From the sequence record PZ338878.1: a DNA stretch of 64,000 bases; one strand, given 5' to 3'. This DNA comes from a phage. Position numbers and translations under genes: made by a program. The notes under the pieces are model-generated. The model ran no database searches and had not been told where the DNA came from. It saw only the letters and a program-made list of their open reading frames with translations. This document shows positions 1 through 9,710 of the stretch, piece after piece. Numbering within the stretch: position 1 is the stretch's first letter; each line of letters begins with the position of its first letter.

Positions 1-82
1 GGCGTAAAACAAAACTTGGGATATCTTCATAACAGGTTAATGTACCTGCTGCATTAATATGGTCTACTTGAAAGTCTTTCAT
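1..82 (-). CDS. hypothetical protein, N-terminal 27 codons only (gene runs off the window start)
   Basis: AGGAGG Shine-Dalgarno 6 nt upstream of ATG at 82-80 (minus strand); frame open to position 1. Confidence 0.25.
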   Translation of the reverse strand, partial: MKDFQVDHINAAGTLTCYEDIPSFVLR

Positions 83-326
83 ACCTCCTGTATGTCCACA
101 CAATTCACATTGACAATTCCAAACCTGTTTCGGTTTGCCTGTTTTCTTATCTAAAACTACATTGCCATCTTTATCCAACCTATCGGCTTTAAATCGTACA
201 GATTGGATCTTTTTTATCTTATTCGGGTGTCTCACCCATGCTTTCCTTAAGCAACCCCTTAAATATGTATAAAAGGCTGCTTGAGTTTTCCAAGGTGTTC
301 CATCTCCCCAAATAACTTTAGGTTCT

Positions 327-521
327 TTATTTTCCAATAGTGCTCACCTTTTTAGCTACATAATCTCCAGGTGGAATGTTATATTTAAAGAAAAGCATAC
401 GGTCTAAACCAGCCTTACACATGTTTTCTGGGATTGTGATTGTATATAGGAGTTTATCTCCACGTTTATTGTATATTTTATACACTTCACCCTCTCCGTA
501 TTGTTTACCGTGAGAAGCCAT
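327..521 (-). CDS. hypothetical protein (64 aa)
   Basis: ORF preceded by AAGGAG RBS; in a co-directional early gene block. Confidence 0.45.
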   Translation of the reverse strand: MASHGKQYGEGEVYKIYNKRGDKLLYTITIPENMCKAGLDRMLFFKYNIPPGDYVAKKVSTIGK

Positions 522-906
522 CTACACTCTCCTTCAATTGTTCAATAGCATCTGCTGCTTCAATATACTTGCCTTTATACATTGCTTTTAAAGCCTTACG
601 AACAAGAACATCGTCTGTGTATAAATCAATTAGCTGATTAGCTAACTCAATTTTTACAGGATTTTTTAAGTTAGGGTAGGCTTCATACAACATATTGTAA
701 TATTTATCACTCAATTCTTTTTCAATATGAATAACGTGAATCGCTTTGTTTAGGTTGATCACACGATCACCTTTGTTTCGACAAGCATACTTAGCTAACT
801 TAGTGAAACAAGGAGTTGCACCAATTAGATATGCAAGTTCCAAAGGTTGCATACGCATACGTTTGTAGTGATCACCATCAATTTGAATATCCAGTGCTGT
901 AGTCAT
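505..906 (-). CDS. hypothetical protein (133 aa)
   Basis: ORF with GGAGGA RBS; short overlap with downstream gene. Confidence 0.5.
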   Translation of the reverse strand: MTTALDIQIDGDHYKRMRMQPLELAYLIGATPCFTKLAKYACRNKGDRVINLNKAIHVIHIEKELSDKYYNMLYEAYPNLKNPVKIELANQLIDLYTDDVLVRKALKAMYKGKYIEAADAIEQLKESVDGFSR

Positions 907-944
907 AAATCCTCCAAAAATAAAGGGGCTTTCGCCCCTTTTTA

Positions 945-1907
945 TTAAATTCCAATAACAGTGTTTACACGCTTCTCTTTGCTACGCAAATTAACACGTC
1001 CACGAGACAGGCTATTACATGATGTGCATCTTAGCACTTGGAATGTACTAACCGCTGTTGTGTAAACCTTACCAGGAACAACTTCAAGGTGCTCTTTACC
1101 GCAACGAGGACAACGAAGTTTTTCATCGTCATAGAATGCAGATACGTTAGGATGTTGTGGAATCCACGCACGAAGTTTGATGTAAAGATCTCTAAGAGAA
1201 ACAACATCACCATCGTTGTATGTTTGCATACGGAAGAAGGCGTGTCTGTCTCCTTCACAACATGCTTTCCACAAAGGAAAACCTTCATTATCAAGTTTAA
1301 AGTTTTCTGTATCAAAATACAAACACATTTCTTTAAGCGCATTAGAAGGTAGTGCAAACTGCTTCTTAGCTGCCTTGAGTGTATCAATTACAACATAGTG
1401 TGATGGTGGCTCCATACCGTGAAAAGCAAAACGTTGGTTAATATAAGCCTTATCAAACTTAATACCGTTGTGTGCGATCACAATATCTGCATCGTCAAGC
1501 AAGTGCCACAGATCTTGACATAATTCCCAATCATCTGTATGATCTATGTCAAACAGAGGGTAATTGCTAAGGTTCTTACCTTCTACTTCTCCTGTTTCTA
1601 AGTCAGCAGATGAATAGGAAAGCAAGTAACCTCGACGAATAACTTGTTCAGGTGCAATAAAGGCTTTGAAACGTGAGAAGCTATACACGATCTCCGGTGC
1701 TGTCTCTACGTCAATAATTTTAATTACTGGCCCACCTTTATCTTGCGGAGCACCGCGATGTGGTGAATTTACACGAGCTAAGTAATCATTTACTGTGCTC
1801 TTCTTAGTAGAACTTCCCAACACCTCTTGTGCAATCTTACGCGAAGAATAACCTTGTGCTTTCATAGATACAATCAAGGCTTTCTGTTCGTCTGTTAATT
1901 TACTCAA
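945..1907 (-). CDS. 3'-5' exonuclease, DEDDh/DnaQ-like, with N-terminal HTH and C-terminal Cys4 zinc ribbon
   Basis: Motifs IIDVET (Exo I) and IAHNGIKFD (Exo II); CPRCG...CTSCN ribbon; N-terminal helix-turn-helix-like segment. Confidence 0.6.
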   Translation of the reverse strand: MSKLTDEQKALIVSMKAQGYSSRKIAQEVLGSSTKKSTVNDYLARVNSPHRGAPQDKGGPVIKIIDVETAPEIVYSFSRFKAFIAPEQVIRRGYLLSYSSADLETGEVEGKNLSNYPLFDIDHTDDWELCQDLWHLLDDADIVIAHNGIKFDKAYINQRFAFHGMEPPSHYVVIDTLKAAKKQFALPSNALKEMCLYFDTENFKLDNEGFPLWKACCEGDRHAFFRMQTYNDGDVVSLRDLYIKLRAWIPQHPNVSAFYDDEKLRCPRCGKEHLEVVPGKVYTTAVSTFQVLRCTSCNSLSRGRVNLRSKEKRVNTVIGI

Positions 1908-2938
1908 TGTTCCTCCTGCTCTGAAATATATGCTTGTAGCATACTTTCAAAAGTTGTTTCATCATTCGCCCAACGTTTCATATATACCAACTGAAAAATT
2001 GTCTCTATCCATTCGTCAGTTGTCATCTCTACTTCTTCACCATCCCAAGAAGTAAATTTAACGCCATCTGGGAACCATTCATAATACTGATCTTTAACTG
2101 TCTGAAAAAGTTCAGCCTGTGTTTTACATTTGGAAATAAGATTAAAGCAAGTAATATCTCCAAACTTAACATCGAAATCTTGGTAAGGTCGAATACTATC
2201 TGTCTTATCACCCATTAGCATTTGATAAGCTAACCAGTAACTACCCCAACCCTTAATTTCTTTTTTCTTACCTTTTTCTACGATCCAGATATCACCAATA
2301 GATTCATCAATCAGAATAATACAAGGATTTTTATAAACACCATCCTCTTTATAAAAGTTAAAGAGTAAACTTGGTGTGTGCAAGCTATCTTTGTCGATAG
2401 ATGCTACAATATGAGAAAACTTACCAGTCTCCTTGTAGGCTTTATACCCTGCATATCCATAGATTTCTAAAGCATCATCTGCCTCAATACCAGTAACAAC
2501 GTCACCGTTATGTTTTTCAACTAGATAATCTTTAGTATCTGATAAATGGATTGGTCTTAAATCTGATCGTTCTGATTTATATTCTTTTGGCATTTTGAAA
2601 GAATGCCGGAAGGTTTTTCCTACCCCGATGACACCGCAATACTTTTGAAGTTTTAGGTGATCCATCATCTGGGTTATTTTTGTCTTTGCAGCTTGAAACG
2701 TAAAAGAAATATTATCTGGGACTATTTGAACGTCTTTTATTTCAAAATCTTCTCTAGAGAACAACTTCTTACCAGCAGCTTCGCGTTGCGCGTTAAGTAC
2801 TCCTAACCATCCTCCAATATTTTTTGAAGATTTACCCCAAAAATCTGTTCTTGTTTCAAACTCTTTTACATTACCGGAAGCCTTGTGTACAGCGTGGATT
2901 TTTCTTTGTTCTAAAGCTGAAGATGCTTGGAACGCCAC
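1904..2938 (-). CDS. 5'-3' exonuclease / flap endonuclease (Pol I 5'-nuclease-like)
   Basis: GIEADD and ASIDKD motifs matching the FEN/5'-nuclease GxEADD...S.DKD signature; 4-nt overlap with upstream gene. Confidence 0.6.
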   Translation of the reverse strand: MAFQASSALEQRKIHAVHKASGNVKEFETRTDFWGKSSKNIGGWLGVLNAQREAAGKKLFSREDFEIKDVQIVPDNISFTFQAAKTKITQMMDHLKLQKYCGVIGVGKTFRHSFKMPKEYKSERSDLRPIHLSDTKDYLVEKHNGDVVTGIEADDALEIYGYAGYKAYKETGKFSHIVASIDKDSLHTPSLLFNFYKEDGVYKNPCIILIDESIGDIWIVEKGKKKEIKGWGSYWLAYQMLMGDKTDSIRPYQDFDVKFGDITCFNLISKCKTQAELFQTVKDQYYEWFPDGVKFTSWDGEEVEMTTDEWIETIFQLVYMKRWANDETTFESMLQAYISEQEEH

Positions 2939-3030
2939 TTGATCGTAGTCTATTGCAAGAATTGTGTTCTCGTCAACATATTTGTGCAGGTCTTCCGGTT
3001 GGATTAAAATGTAACCGCTAATATTACCTC

Positions 3031-3243
3031 CTATTCATCATCTGAACTCTCTGTTGAGAATGTTCGTGTGTAGGGACACTGACGACTTGCAGAAACCTCT
3101 ATAACCTTGTCGTACATACCATTAGAGTAAAAACAGTATTTTGTACTTCCAGAAACTTGTTCTCCAGAATTAATTAAAGTTATTTGACCAGCATAAGAAT
3201 AAGAACTGATTGCTAGAAGTAAACCGACAAGAAGTTTTTTCAT
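3031..3243 (-). CDS. small secreted protein with N-terminal signal peptide (70 aa)
   Basis: MKKLLVGLLLAISSYSYA hydrophobic leader; AGGAGA RBS. Confidence 0.4.
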   Translation of the reverse strand: MKKLLVGLLLAISSYSYAGQITLINSGEQVSGSTKYCFYSNGMYDKVIEVSASRQCPYTRTFSTESSDDE

Positions 3244-3256
3244 GGTGTGTCTCCTT

Positions 3257-3284
3257 AAAAGCCCACCTAACTAAGTAGGTAGGC
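3257..3284 (-). terminator. rho-independent terminator downstream of the RdgC-like gene
   Basis: Minus-strand hairpin GCCTACCTA-loop-TAGGTGGGC followed by TTTT. Confidence 0.45.
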
Positions 3285-3317
3285 ATATTAACACATATTA
3301 AATTAGTAAGTCAAGTA

Positions 3318-4223
3318 TTATTTTTGAATAGTTGACTTGATAAGGTCTTGCATAATACCACGGATTTCGTTAAAGCACAGAAGGACAGATGCTTCAAAAG
3401 ATCCTTCTTCATCATTAAAGTATTTAGGGAATTTAATACCACTCAACTTAAATTCTTTATCAACAATAAAGTTAACGAAGCCGTCATATTCCAGGCCAAT
3501 GGCAACAACGTGCTTACCATCTTCCATAAGTTCTACTGCACGAGATTCATAAAGGGACTCTTTACTCCATACAACCACACCTTCCGAATCTTCAAGTTTA
3601 ATATAATTACCCAGGGTCAGTCGTTCAGCTTCATGTTCTTCTAAGATGGTATCAAAACCTTTAATAATGGCTTCTTCGTGTACACTAAACGGCAGAACTG
3701 GGAAAGTACCCAACACCTCACGAAGAAATACAGCAATATCTTCACTAATTTTCTTAGTACCATTAAGAACATAGGTAATACTGTTTTCAGTGTCTACAAC
3801 AACATAGTTATAGAAATCATCTGCCTCTGTTTCTGGGAGCAGAGAAAACACAATATCAGCCTCAATTGCTTTTTTGCTTTCTTTGTCCAAGAAGAACTCT
3901 TTAGTAGGATTTGCAGCAATAAACTCTTGTTCCATCTCCTGGAGTTTTTCATTAAGAATGCGTTTAACTTTCTTCTTGTTAACTTTCTTAACAGACTGCC
4001 CTACTTTAATAACCTCTAAACCAGAGAACACTTTTACATAGGAACCATCATCTTCAAAACGAACAAGACCAATGGTATGTGCTTGTTGCCCCTGTGCCAC
4101 AACAAAATCCAGCGGTTTGTCTGTTACTGTGTTCAGTGCTGAAATAGACAGACCATCACCAGAAATCAGGGTTACGCAAGATTTGAAATTTTTAGCAAAC
4201 ATAGTTTTCTCCTCAAATAACAA
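3318..4223 (-). CDS. rdgC: recombination-associated protein RdgC-like
   Basis: About 300 aa; blocks colinear with E. coli RdgC from memory (SLLPETEADDFYNYVVVDTENSITYV, ISEDIAVFLREVLGTFPVLPF). Confidence 0.55.
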   Translation of the reverse strand: MLFEEKTMFAKNFKSCVTLISGDGLSISALNTVTDKPLDFVVAQGQQAHTIGLVRFEDDGSYVKVFSGLEVIKVGQSVKKVNKKKVKRILNEKLQEMEQEFIAANPTKEFFLDKESKKAIEADIVFSLLPETEADDFYNYVVVDTENSITYVLNGTKKISEDIAVFLREVLGTFPVLPFSVHEEAIIKGFDTILEEHEAERLTLGNYIKLEDSEGVVVWSKESLYESRAVELMEDGKHVVAIGLEYDGFVNFIVDKEFKLSGIKFPKYFNDEEGSFEASVLLCFNEIRGIMQDLIKSTIQK

Positions 4224-4491
4224 CTACAAAATATTTTACACCATCATATTCGACAATATGATCAGGATATTTAAATCCTTTATAAGATTTACCAAACAGA
4301 CTAACAGCCTCATTAGCTTTGTTTTGCGGATTACTCAACCACTGTTCTTCTGTGTAAAACTTAAATTCTGTTCTCTTACCTTCTTTTTCTAAACCAACAA
4401 TTTCCTGTGTGATATCTTCAATACCTGCATTCTTCAAGGATTTGATTACCTGACGCAAACCGTGTTTAAAGATATCTTCTGCTGTTAACAT
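4213..4491 (-). CDS. hypothetical protein (92 aa)
   Basis: ORF with GGAGG RBS; overlaps start of RdgC-like gene. Confidence 0.45.
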   Translation of the reverse strand: MLTAEDIFKHGLRQVIKSLKNAGIEDITQEIVGLEKEGKRTEFKFYTEEQWLSNPQNKANEAVSLFGKSYKGFKYPDHIVEYDGVKYFVVVI

Positions 4492-4527
4492 AATACCTCC
4501 AATAAGCCCCCGAAGGAGCTTTATTTG

Positions 4528-5250
4528 TTAAGCAATGATTGCTGCGATATTAGGTTTAACAAAGGTAGATGGCTTCATAATTTTACCTTTGTCATCAAAG
4601 AATACGTATACCTTTTGAACTTCGTTATATACAGCATGTACTCCAGTATAAGAACCTTCTGCACGATCTTTGCTTCGCATCTCGATAGCATCACACTCTT
4701 TTTCAAGAGCTTCAACAATATCCTTAGTTTCCCAAATAGCCAGGAGTTGCTTCTTGGTAGGATACTTGGACTCATTGCTATTCAACACTTCACGCATAAC
4801 CTTCTTCTCGTTATAAACAGAACGCACCAAAGTATCTCGTGCCATACGTGTAAGTGTAAGAGACATTAGGGCAAATTGCAAGTCATTTTCTACCATTTTA
4901 TCAAATTCAATGATAACATCGTAGATGTTTTCTGCCAGAACATCTCCTGTCGGCATTTCCAGAGCTTTATCAACACCTTCTTTACCAAAGAACATAAACG
5001 CCAGGTAGGATGCTACCACAAAAATATCTGCTGCTGCATCAAGTAATTCAACGTGATCATTTTCCTGTGCTGCTGCTTGGAACTCTTTTAGTTCTTCTCG
5101 TACAAAAGAAAGTTGAGCTTCAAACATCTCTTGAGTAAATTCTGGAGTTACGCCTCCACGTGCCTTAGCATTCCAAGCAACAATTTGATCGGCAGCTTTG
5201 ATAAAGAAGCTATTGTCCACTTTTACTTGTTTGAAAAAATTCTCGATCAT
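4528..5250 (-). CDS. MazG-like nucleoside triphosphate pyrophosphohydrolase (putative)
   Basis: EExxE...ExxD-type acidic helix signature (REELKEFQAAAQENDHVELLDAAAD). Confidence 0.4.
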   Translation of the reverse strand: MIENFFKQVKVDNSFFIKAADQIVAWNAKARGGVTPEFTQEMFEAQLSFVREELKEFQAAAQENDHVELLDAAADIFVVASYLAFMFFGKEGVDKALEMPTGDVLAENIYDVIIEFDKMVENDLQFALMSLTLTRMARDTLVRSVYNEKKVMREVLNSNESKYPTKKQLLAIWETKDIVEALEKECDAIEMRSKDRAEGSYTGVHAVYNEVQKVYVFFDDKGKIMKPSTFVKPNIAAIIA

Positions 5251-5259
5251 TGTTTCTCC

Positions 5260-5440
5260 TTATTTAAAATATTGTTCTAACAAAACACTAATGCGAACTA
5301 CCGATTCGCCCATATACGCCCCAGCACAGAGGAAAACAACAAATCTACAAAAATTGCAGTACCATTTGTTCACTGGAAACGAGGCTAACATTATAATTGC
5401 AATAGCAATTAACATCATAAGAACTGTTACTAATACCATA
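5260..5440 (-). CDS. small membrane protein (59 aa, below ORF-track cutoff)
   Basis: MVLVTVLMMLIAIAIIMLASF hydrophobic N-terminus; GAGG RBS; nested between ligase and MazG-like genes. Confidence 0.3.
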
Positions 5441-5448
5441 TTTACCTC

Positions 5449-6564
5449 TTACTCTGCTGGTTCCCAAGTACCTGGAATCATCTTACGTACACGTACCCCA
5501 ACAGGCTTGGTAGGAATACCTTCGTCTGAAAATTCTTCGTACTCAATTTCAACAAATTGACCAATAAGTGTCAAAGCATTTTCTTCTTTACGATAGTTAA
5601 TGGTTTCATCTGAATCCTTACGCATCAGGAATTCGACTACTTTACCATTTTCCATCTCGCCTGTCAATACCCCGTCACCATTTTTATCACGTTTTGCACT
5701 TACCACCTTAACTTCAAGCGTCTGCCGTGGTTTACGTTTAATAACATCATAAGAACGTTTATCAAACTCATAAACACCTTGTGCATTACGATAAACAACA
5801 CCTTCAGCTTTCTCACGCAGAGCTTTTGCATAGAATGCATCAAACTGCTCTTGGTTTTCAATGTACTCTGTATGTACTACACAAATAAGTTCATCTAAAC
5901 CTTTATCTTCAACAACTTCTTTTAGAGCAGCCAAAACTTCAACCCTCTTCTCAAATGGTACAGATGGCACAGGAACATCATATACATAGTATTTAAGAAG
6001 CGGAGTGTTAGCATTATGCTTTTTCCACGCACTATTAATTTGTTGAAGGCTAAGGACACCCAAACCAGCAAAAACTTCACCATCAAGAGGATGACCAACT
6101 ACTTCTTTAATGAAGGTTGGAATTTCTTTCCAGTGAGGTGGAAGTTTATATACCTCCCCAGCTTTAGATAAGCATTCACCTTGCATGTTAATCATTGAAC
6201 GTAGACCATTCAATTTATATTGTGCATAACCTGGGAACAAAACACGATCAGCATAATCTTTATAATCCTGACATTTCATGGGTGTGGAAGGAACATGGTT
6301 TTCAGCTTCCTCTTTTGTTTTGTAATACCCATTCTTAAGTTGCTTTGTCCATTTGGCAAGAGCTTCTATTTCAGCTTGTTCTTCTGCTGTTGTTTCATTT
6401 GAGCGACCAATATTTTTAGGTTCTGCCGTATAAGATTTGCTAGTAATCTTTCCACCTAATTGACCATGAGCAACAGTTACAACACTACCTTCGGTATAGA
6501 CTGACCACTGTTTAATTTTACCTGTAGAAGTTTTACCATACAATGTAGGATTAGTTTGTTTCAT
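5449..6564 (-). CDS. ATP-dependent DNA ligase
   Basis: Nucleotidyltransferase motifs KLNGLR (I), DGEV (III), EGVVYR (IV), DVIKRK (V). Start moved to ATG at 6564, which has a GGAGG RBS; the ORF-track start at 6612 lacks one. Confidence 0.6.
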   Translation of the reverse strand: MKQTNPTLYGKTSTGKIKQWSVYTEGSVVTVAHGQLGGKITSKSYTAEPKNIGRSNETTAEEQAEIEALAKWTKQLKNGYYKTKEEAENHVPSTPMKCQDYKDYADRVLFPGYAQYKLNGLRSMINMQGECLSKAGEVYKLPPHWKEIPTFIKEVVGHPLDGEVFAGLGVLSLQQINSAWKKHNANTPLLKYYVYDVPVPSVPFEKRVEVLAALKEVVEDKGLDELICVVHTEYIENQEQFDAFYAKALREKAEGVVYRNAQGVYEFDKRSYDVIKRKPRQTLEVKVVSAKRDKNGDGVLTGEMENGKVVEFLMRKDSDETINYRKEENALTLIGQFVEIEYEEFSDEGIPTKPVGVRVRKMIPGTWEPAE

Positions 6565-6754
6565 CTTTAACCTCCAGTTGCGAAAGAACCCATTTAGCCA
6601 TTTCAATTTCACCGTGTAGTCTGCCTAGTTCATAGGCATCATCAATATTACCACCAGTGTAATCATCCACCATAAAGTAAGGATCTTCGCTACTGTTAGG
6701 TGCGTTTGCAATTCTCGTTAATTCTTCAATAAATGTCATAGTTACCCTTACCAA
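6551..6754 (-). CDS. hypothetical protein (67 aa)
   Basis: ORF in co-directional block; stop overlaps ligase start. Confidence 0.4.
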   Translation of the reverse strand: MVRVTMTFIEELTRIANAPNSSEDPYFMVDDYTGGNIDDAYELGRLHGEIEMAKWVLSQLEVKDETN

Positions 6755-6972
6755 TTATATACAAGAGTTTGAATCTCTTCCATCAAGTCTTCAAGATCTG
6801 TATCAACGTATTCAGAAGATGTTGCCATAAAGTATGTAATCATTGTGAACCCTTCCGAAGAAAGGGCATCAAGGATATCATTAAACATATCTTCCATTTC
6901 AGTATTCTCACCAAATGAGAATAACATTTGTTGATCTTCGCTTACACCTTTAACATAGATAGCTGTACTCAT
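6748..6972 (-). CDS. hypothetical acidic protein (74 aa)
   Basis: ORF tightly packed with neighbours. Confidence 0.4.
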   Translation of the reverse strand: MSTAIYVKGVSEDQQMLFSFGENTEMEDMFNDILDALSSEGFTMITYFMATSSEYVDTDLEDLMEEIQTLVYNW

Positions 6973-6975
6973 ATA

Positions 6976-7296
6976 TTAATCCTTAAGACGTTCATTTAAA
7001 TCTGCAATAACATCACCTAAATCTTCACATTCCAGTGTTAACTCTGAAACTTGTCCACTCAAATAACAAACTTCTTCATTTAGATCTGAAATAATGTTTT
7101 CTAATGAATCTACTTGATCATCATATGAACGTTTTGTTTCTTCAAGTTCTTCTGTAAGATCATTAATCAGACGAAGCAAAGATAAGATATAGCCGTCTCC
7201 TGTCTCGTTCCTCCACTCACTTCCGTAGCGATAAATAATAATTTCACCATTATCGACTACTGTAAAATACTTACCTTCACCAGAATAAATTTCCAT
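6976..7296 (-). CDS. hypothetical coiled-coil protein (106 aa)
   Basis: ORF with charged heptad-like sequence. Confidence 0.4.
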   Translation of the reverse strand: MEIYSGEGKYFTVVDNGEIIIYRYGSEWRNETGDGYILSLLRLINDLTEELEETKRSYDDQVDSLENIISDLNEEVCYLSGQVSELTLECEDLGDVIADLNERLKD

Positions 7297-7305
7297 ACAC
7301 TCTCC

Positions 7306-7710
7306 TTATTGTAGCTTAAGTGAACTGCGAAGACGTTTCTCTTGCTGATCACGAATATGTTGTGGAACCTCATGAATTGAGTCGTTACCGTGCCTATTTT
7401 CAACAACTAAAGAGATAACTTGATAACCAAACTCTTCAGCAAGAGTAAAATAAGGTTTAAGTTCTTTCTCTGTGGTTGAAGTGTTAGAGACAATAATCTT
7501 TTTAATATCAGATGCCATAGCATCACGAACAATACTCTGACACCATGCGTGTGCTTTACCTACATTCTCTGGCTTCCAATCGTAAACACCACTTTCTGTG
7601 TAATGATATTGATCTGCCTCACAGATAGGCCAATAACCTTCAGAAATAATTTCTGCTACTGTAGATTTACCTGCACCTGAAACACCACGTAAAATGATAA
7701 GTTGTTTCAT
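7306..7710 (-). CDS. P-loop polynucleotide 5'-kinase-like protein
   Basis: N-terminus MKQLIILRGVSGAGKST resembles the T4 Pnk kinase domain start (Walker A); abuts the RNA-ligase-like gene. Confidence 0.5.
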   Translation of the reverse strand: MKQLIILRGVSGAGKSTVAEIISEGYWPICEADQYHYTESGVYDWKPENVGKAHAWCQSIVRDAMASDIKKIIVSNTSTTEKELKPYFTLAEEFGYQVISLVVENRHGNDSIHEVPQHIRDQQEKRLRSSLKLQ

Positions 7711-8643
7711 TTAGCCTCCAAAGAAGTTTTCTATTTCTTTACGTCGCTCTTGTGGATCTAAAGCAGCCCATTGAGTCTTAGTAAAGTTGTTTCGAAGCCA
7801 TTCTAGCAAAGTATAATATTCTTCGTCAACAATTTGTTTAGCATTTTTTGGGTTGTCCCAAATCATATCCCACTTCTTATTGCCACCACGCATAAGGAAT
7901 TTCTTAGCAAGATAATATGGTGACTTAATCTTTAACAGCAAGTTAAACGGATAGTTTGTTTCACGAATAACAAACCCTTCGTGCTTACAATGTTTAGACA
8001 TTTCAACAACATCTGAAAATTTAATCATCGGATAAACTTCAGGACGTTTAAATTTTGTAATAGATGCAATCCCATCAAGCACACCTTCGGGTAACATGAA
8101 ACTTGTCCCATCAGGATTTTGAATCCTTGCTCCAATTAAGTATGCGCCTGGTTCTTCTTCAACAATATGTGGATCAGAAGGATCACAGATTTCAAAAAGG
8201 AAAGTTGCTTTTGCACTTTCTGTCCACTTAATGAAATATTCTATGTCATCACACTCGGAAACAATATGGTTCTTGGCAAGAATTGCAAAATCTGACTCTA
8301 GGCTCCCTGTTGTTGATACAATAAGTTGCCCTTTGTACACACCTACAGATGCCATAAAACCGTTTACTTTACGGACAGCATCTACAAGCTGGTCTGCTGG
8401 AAGATCTGTACCATTCTCAAAACGATTAAAGATTTTAGTAAAAGGCCAAATAACAACATTGTCTTCTGAGTCAACAACCAACCCACGACAATCTAGAAGG
8501 CGTTTGTCTACGTCCCACAAGTTGTCCCAGAATACATTGTTTTTGTATTTAAGTACAGCAAGACCAGCATACTCTCCAGATTTAACTTCTTTTTTATGCA
8601 CTAAACCTTTTGCAATCAGGTCATCACAATTGAACTTAGCCAC
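7711..8643 (-). CDS. RNA ligase-like nucleotidyltransferase
   Basis: Motifs KVNGF (I, no Arg at +5, unlike DNA ligases), FEICD (III), EGFVIRE (IV), LLLKIK (V). Confidence 0.5.
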   Translation of the reverse strand: MAKFNCDDLIAKGLVHKKEVKSGEYAGLAVLKYKNNVFWDNLWDVDKRLLDCRGLVVDSEDNVVIWPFTKIFNRFENGTDLPADQLVDAVRKVNGFMASVGVYKGQLIVSTTGSLESDFAILAKNHIVSECDDIEYFIKWTESAKATFLFEICDPSDPHIVEEEPGAYLIGARIQNPDGTSFMLPEGVLDGIASITKFKRPEVYPMIKFSDVVEMSKHCKHEGFVIRETNYPFNLLLKIKSPYYLAKKFLMRGGNKKWDMIWDNPKNAKQIVDEEYYTLLEWLRNNFTKTQWAALDPQERRKEIENFFGG

Positions 8644-8644
8644 C

Positions 8645-9196
8645 TTAATCTCCTTTGATTATCTTATGATGGTCTACAACAACAATATCACGCTTATCCA
8701 TAATAGAGATGATTTCGTCAAAATGCAAGATTTTTCCGTGTGCGTCCCAACCAACATCCAACATTTTCCCATACAAATGATCAGGGAATGATCCGTGAGA
8801 GTGCCCGTGTAGCATGATTGATCCATGCCCTTGTTTATTCCAGGAAGCCATAGGGTAATGGCTTAAGACGAAGAACAGTTTCTGATATTTCACTTCATCA
8901 TAATACACCACCTCGCCATATTCTGCAAGCACTTCTCGGTGTTTACTGTAATCATGGTTCCCAACACAGTAAGTAATATCCCCTTGGAGACGGGAAGCAA
9001 TCTTACGGGTATCTTCTTCAGTCCCGAAACAGAAGTCCCCAAGATGGTACATCTTTACTCCTGGTCTTGTGGCACATTTATTCCATGCTTCGATCAGTGC
9101 TTCTGTCATATGCTCCATATCTTCCCACGGGCGATATTCAGGAGCAAACTCTCGGATACGTTTGTGCATAAAATGCAAATCACTTGTAATAAACAT
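8645..9196 (-). CDS. calcineurin-like metallophosphoesterase (candidate 2',3'-cyclic/3'-phosphate end-healing phosphatase)
   Basis: Motifs DLHF, GDFCFG, GNHDY, GHSHG. Confidence 0.6.
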   Translation of the reverse strand: MFITSDLHFMHKRIREFAPEYRPWEDMEHMTEALIEAWNKCATRPGVKMYHLGDFCFGTEEDTRKIASRLQGDITYCVGNHDYSKHREVLAEYGEVVYYDEVKYQKLFFVLSHYPMASWNKQGHGSIMLHGHSHGSFPDHLYGKMLDVGWDAHGKILHFDEIISIMDKRDIVVVDHHKIIKGD

Positions 9197-9555
9197 TAGT
9201 ATAATCCCTCGCTGAATAGTTCACTGTCGTGACCATTTCTTTCATAGTTAATTTGTTTGGCATTATCTGCAATGATATAAGCATCTTTGCGACTCCACCA
9301 GTTATAATACTGATCAATAAACCCTTGATTATCAGGTAAGCAAAACAGTTTATCAATCAATCCTGCATCTTTTAAAACATTAAGTTGTGCAGATAGTACA
9401 GGATTTGCATGCCTAACACAAGGGATAATTAACTCTTCACCATTGTTGAGAATATACTTATTCGCAGCGCATACTATAACACGTTGAGCATAGTGATCCT
9501 CACCAATCCAAGTAAGAGGTTGGTAACAAATATCATGTTGATTAGTAGCGCACAT
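9196..9555 (-). CDS. hypothetical protein (Cys-rich, 119 aa)
   Basis: ORF; start moved to ATG at 9555 (ORF-track start at 9558 is TTG). Confidence 0.4.
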   Translation of the reverse strand: MCATNQHDICYQPLTWIGEDHYAQRVIVCAANKYILNNGEELIIPCVRHANPVLSAQLNVLKDAGLIDKLFCLPDNQGFIDQYYNWWSRKDAYIIADNAKQINYERNGHDSELFSEGLY

Positions 9556-9701
9556 CAATTTTCTTCATACTCTTCGTCTGTATGTATATCGTAAAAGCAA
9601 TCTTCAAAAGTTGCAAGTGCTTTTTCTACATCGGGCCAATGGTTAGTGTGTTTGTATATATAAAACCCATCCCCTTCATCTACCCAAATAACATAAAGCA
9701 T
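9555..9701 (-). CDS. small hypothetical protein (48 aa)
   Basis: AAGGAGG RBS then ATG at 9701; stop overlaps next start (ATGA-type junction). Confidence 0.3.
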   Translation of the reverse strand: MLYVIWVDEGDGFYIYKHTNHWPDVEKALATFEDCFYDIHTDEEYEEN

Positions 9702-9710
9702 AACACCTCC

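Noticed and set aside
110-115. Isolated plus-strand TTGACA hexamers (110-115 and 18226-18231)
   Set aside because: No acceptable -10 element at 16-19 nt spacing, and they lie in minus-strand coding sequence or inside a tRNA-like gene; taken as chance matches.
1038-1352. Plus-strand ORFs nested in the leftward early genes (1038-1352, 3348-3644, 3678-4019, 4072-4392, 4525-4869, 5198-5560, 8231-8791, 8939-9199, 10531-10878)
   Set aside because: All are antisense to longer ORFs with recognisable motifs and RBSs, have no Shine-Dalgarno of their own and show low-complexity translations.
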